A stretch of 64,000 bases of DNA from Eledone cirrhosa (Eukaryota), in the NCBI GenBank assembly GCA_964016885.1, contig OZ024743.1, positions 76,570,001 through 76,634,000 on the forward strand, written 5' to 3'. Shown one piece after another: positions 62,101-64,000 of the stretch. Position numbers and translations under genes: made by a program. How positions within the stretch are numbered: position 1 is the first letter of the stretch; every line of letters starts with the position of its first letter. The notes beneath the pieces are model-generated. The model saw only the letters and a list, made by a program, of their open reading frames with translations. It was not told the DNA's origin and searched no databases.

Positions 62101-64000
62101 ATTTCTTTATTAGCCACAAGAGCGCACAAGAAAAGGGGACAATACAAAGACATGCCGGGTATTTTACATACAGTCGTGTAAAAAATATAAAAACAAACAA
62201 TTACAACAATCGAAATCCCCAATAGGTGGGGAGGCGCCACAAATGGGTTGTTTAATACCCCGTCGATAGAACAACCTTCAACTCCAGGAGCGTGTTGTGC
62301 AAGTGCTCCTTTCCTTTTGCTCTCTTGCTCAACCTACAGGCTTATAAACAGAGAAGGCCCAATCACTCGGGCCATTTTTGCTTCATTCACCCACCTTTCA
62401 GTAAATTTACTGGGGTGCAGTGCCTCTCTCTCCACCCTGATTCTCCTTCTAAAGTGATACTTAAAGAAGGGAATCAATTGTTGTCCGGAGAGAAAGGCAT
62501 CTGTCCTCAGTCCTCTCAACCTCGTCCACCATATAACTTCTTTCACCATAGCCACCGTACAAAGGAAAACCGCCTCTCTTTCGTTTTTGAAAGAGGCTGG
62601 CGGTTTGATCCTTACTATTGACTCGGCAGTTAACTGGATTTGTCCCATACGCGACAGCAGTTGTTCTGCATAGTTCCACAGGTCAGTTACGCCCGGGCAG
62701 TGTACAATTGCGTGCAGGACTGTTTCAATGTCCTGCGCGCATCTTGGACACGTCCTCTTGGAAGGATCCCGACCGGGGCGTCCGTGCCTGTAGATCTTGT
62801 CACGAACCAGTAGAGCTCCTCGGTAGCACTACCAGGCCAGGGACCTCTGGAAGTTGTCCATAGGTCCCGGGCGGAAAGTCCTACCAAATAGACTGGTGAG
62901 CTCATCGTCTTTGACGCCCATTGTCTCTCCGAGCACTTCGTCGCCCTTGTAACGTACAATCCCTCTATAGAATGTCAAAGTGGAGTCTCCACTGATTGCT
63001 GCGCCCACTTGCCAGAGGACTGTGAGCGCCTGAGCGCATTCAATGTGCCAGGCGCCCATCGTTTTCGGTCTTTTCTTGAATAAGGACTGCAGCTCCGTCA
63101 GCGAGACGAGCTGTTGGAAAGCCTGTCTCACAAACGGTGCCCACACCGGTTGGGGGTCGGTGAGGAATACCTGGAGATGCCGCAGCCTCAGCGCATGTTT
63201 GCGCATCATCAGCCACGCATTCCCAGCCCTCCGTTGGAAGGGTGCTGACAGCAGACGGATCTCCTCACCAGCGGAGCCTGCTTCTTCCACAGAAACTGGA
63301 AGAGCATACGTTCCATCTTGGCGAGGTGTTCACGGGGACAAGGCACGACAGTCAAGCGGTAGTAGATGACGGACGCTATGAAAGTGTTCGCCACCTCCGC
63401 TCGACCTTTCAAGGACAGTTTGCACTCTGCCCACTTCTGGGTGAGTGCAAACACCTTGGCCGTGACCTCGTTCCAGTTTTTCTCCAACTGGAGGTCTGGA
63501 CCGAACCAGACCCCGAGCAATTTCACCGGTCCGTCTGTCCAGCGTCCAACGACGCTGTCGGACGTCATCAGTTAGCCTCTCCACGTACCGAGTTGCAAAC
63601 CGACAGACTTGTCCGGGTTTATTTTTGCTCCCGTTAGCGTTTCGTATTCTTTCAGTAAGTTGCCGATCACCCCGATTTCCGAGGTGCTCGACACCATTAC
63701 CGTCACGTCGCCGGCATAAGCCGACGCCGCTTTGCGCAGTCCTGGTTCTAGAGGGATGCCCTGCAACAGCTCCAATTTCCGCAGTAGTGGCTCCAGAGTC
63801 AATACATACGGAATGGAATAGAGAGGGCACTCCTGTCGAATGGAACGCGTGATTGCGAACGGCTCCGATAGGTAGCCGTTCACCTTGACCCTCGAGCAGA
63901 TGCTGGTGTGCATCGCCTCGATCCATCCTCTGAACACGGGACCGAAACCGGCCGCCTTGAGAACCACTTCCAAGTACCGATGGTCGACCCTATCGAATGC
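62101..64000 (-). mobile_element. Tx1-like copy D, 3' part, decayed, runs off the right edge
   Basis: Frameshifted RT C-terminus with YADD changed to YAGD. The 3' end AATAAAGAAAT abuts (GATA)n at 62079-62101. Confidence 0.92.

Noticed and set aside
45027-64000. Bacterial RT system (retron, group II intron, DGR) or LTR element
   Set aside because: APE endonuclease, RT and a CCHC ORF1 without LTRs, integrase or protease define a non-LTR L1/Tx1-group element.

Overview
This is eukaryotic, microsatellite-rich, transposon-dense DNA. The SINE types and repeat density suggest an Octopus-like cephalopod (inference). No intact host gene is evident, and almost all ORFs in the track are translations of simple repeats. 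The main structure is a head-to-tail array (45.0-64 kb, all minus strand) of at least four divergent Tx1/L1-group non-LTR retrotransposons. Each copy is bounded by (GATA)n runs. One copy has intact ORF1 and ORF2. A 60-bp 3'-end-only copy sits inside another (GATA)n at 15.8 kb, which points to a GATA-microsatellite-targeting family. The three visible 5' UTRs share a 67-68 nt GTAAGT...TTTGTAG intron-like segment followed by conserved RNA hairpins. The first 45 kb holds several type-I hammerhead ribozyme motifs in Penelope/retrozyme-like repeats, including a ~500-bp tandem unit. It also holds a Chapaev3-like DNA transposon, two non-autonomous Helitrons, piggyBac-like MITEs, RTE and CRE-like LINE fragments, many tRNA-derived SINEs, and satellites or minisatellites (36, 50, 40, 29/30 and 8/13 bp units).
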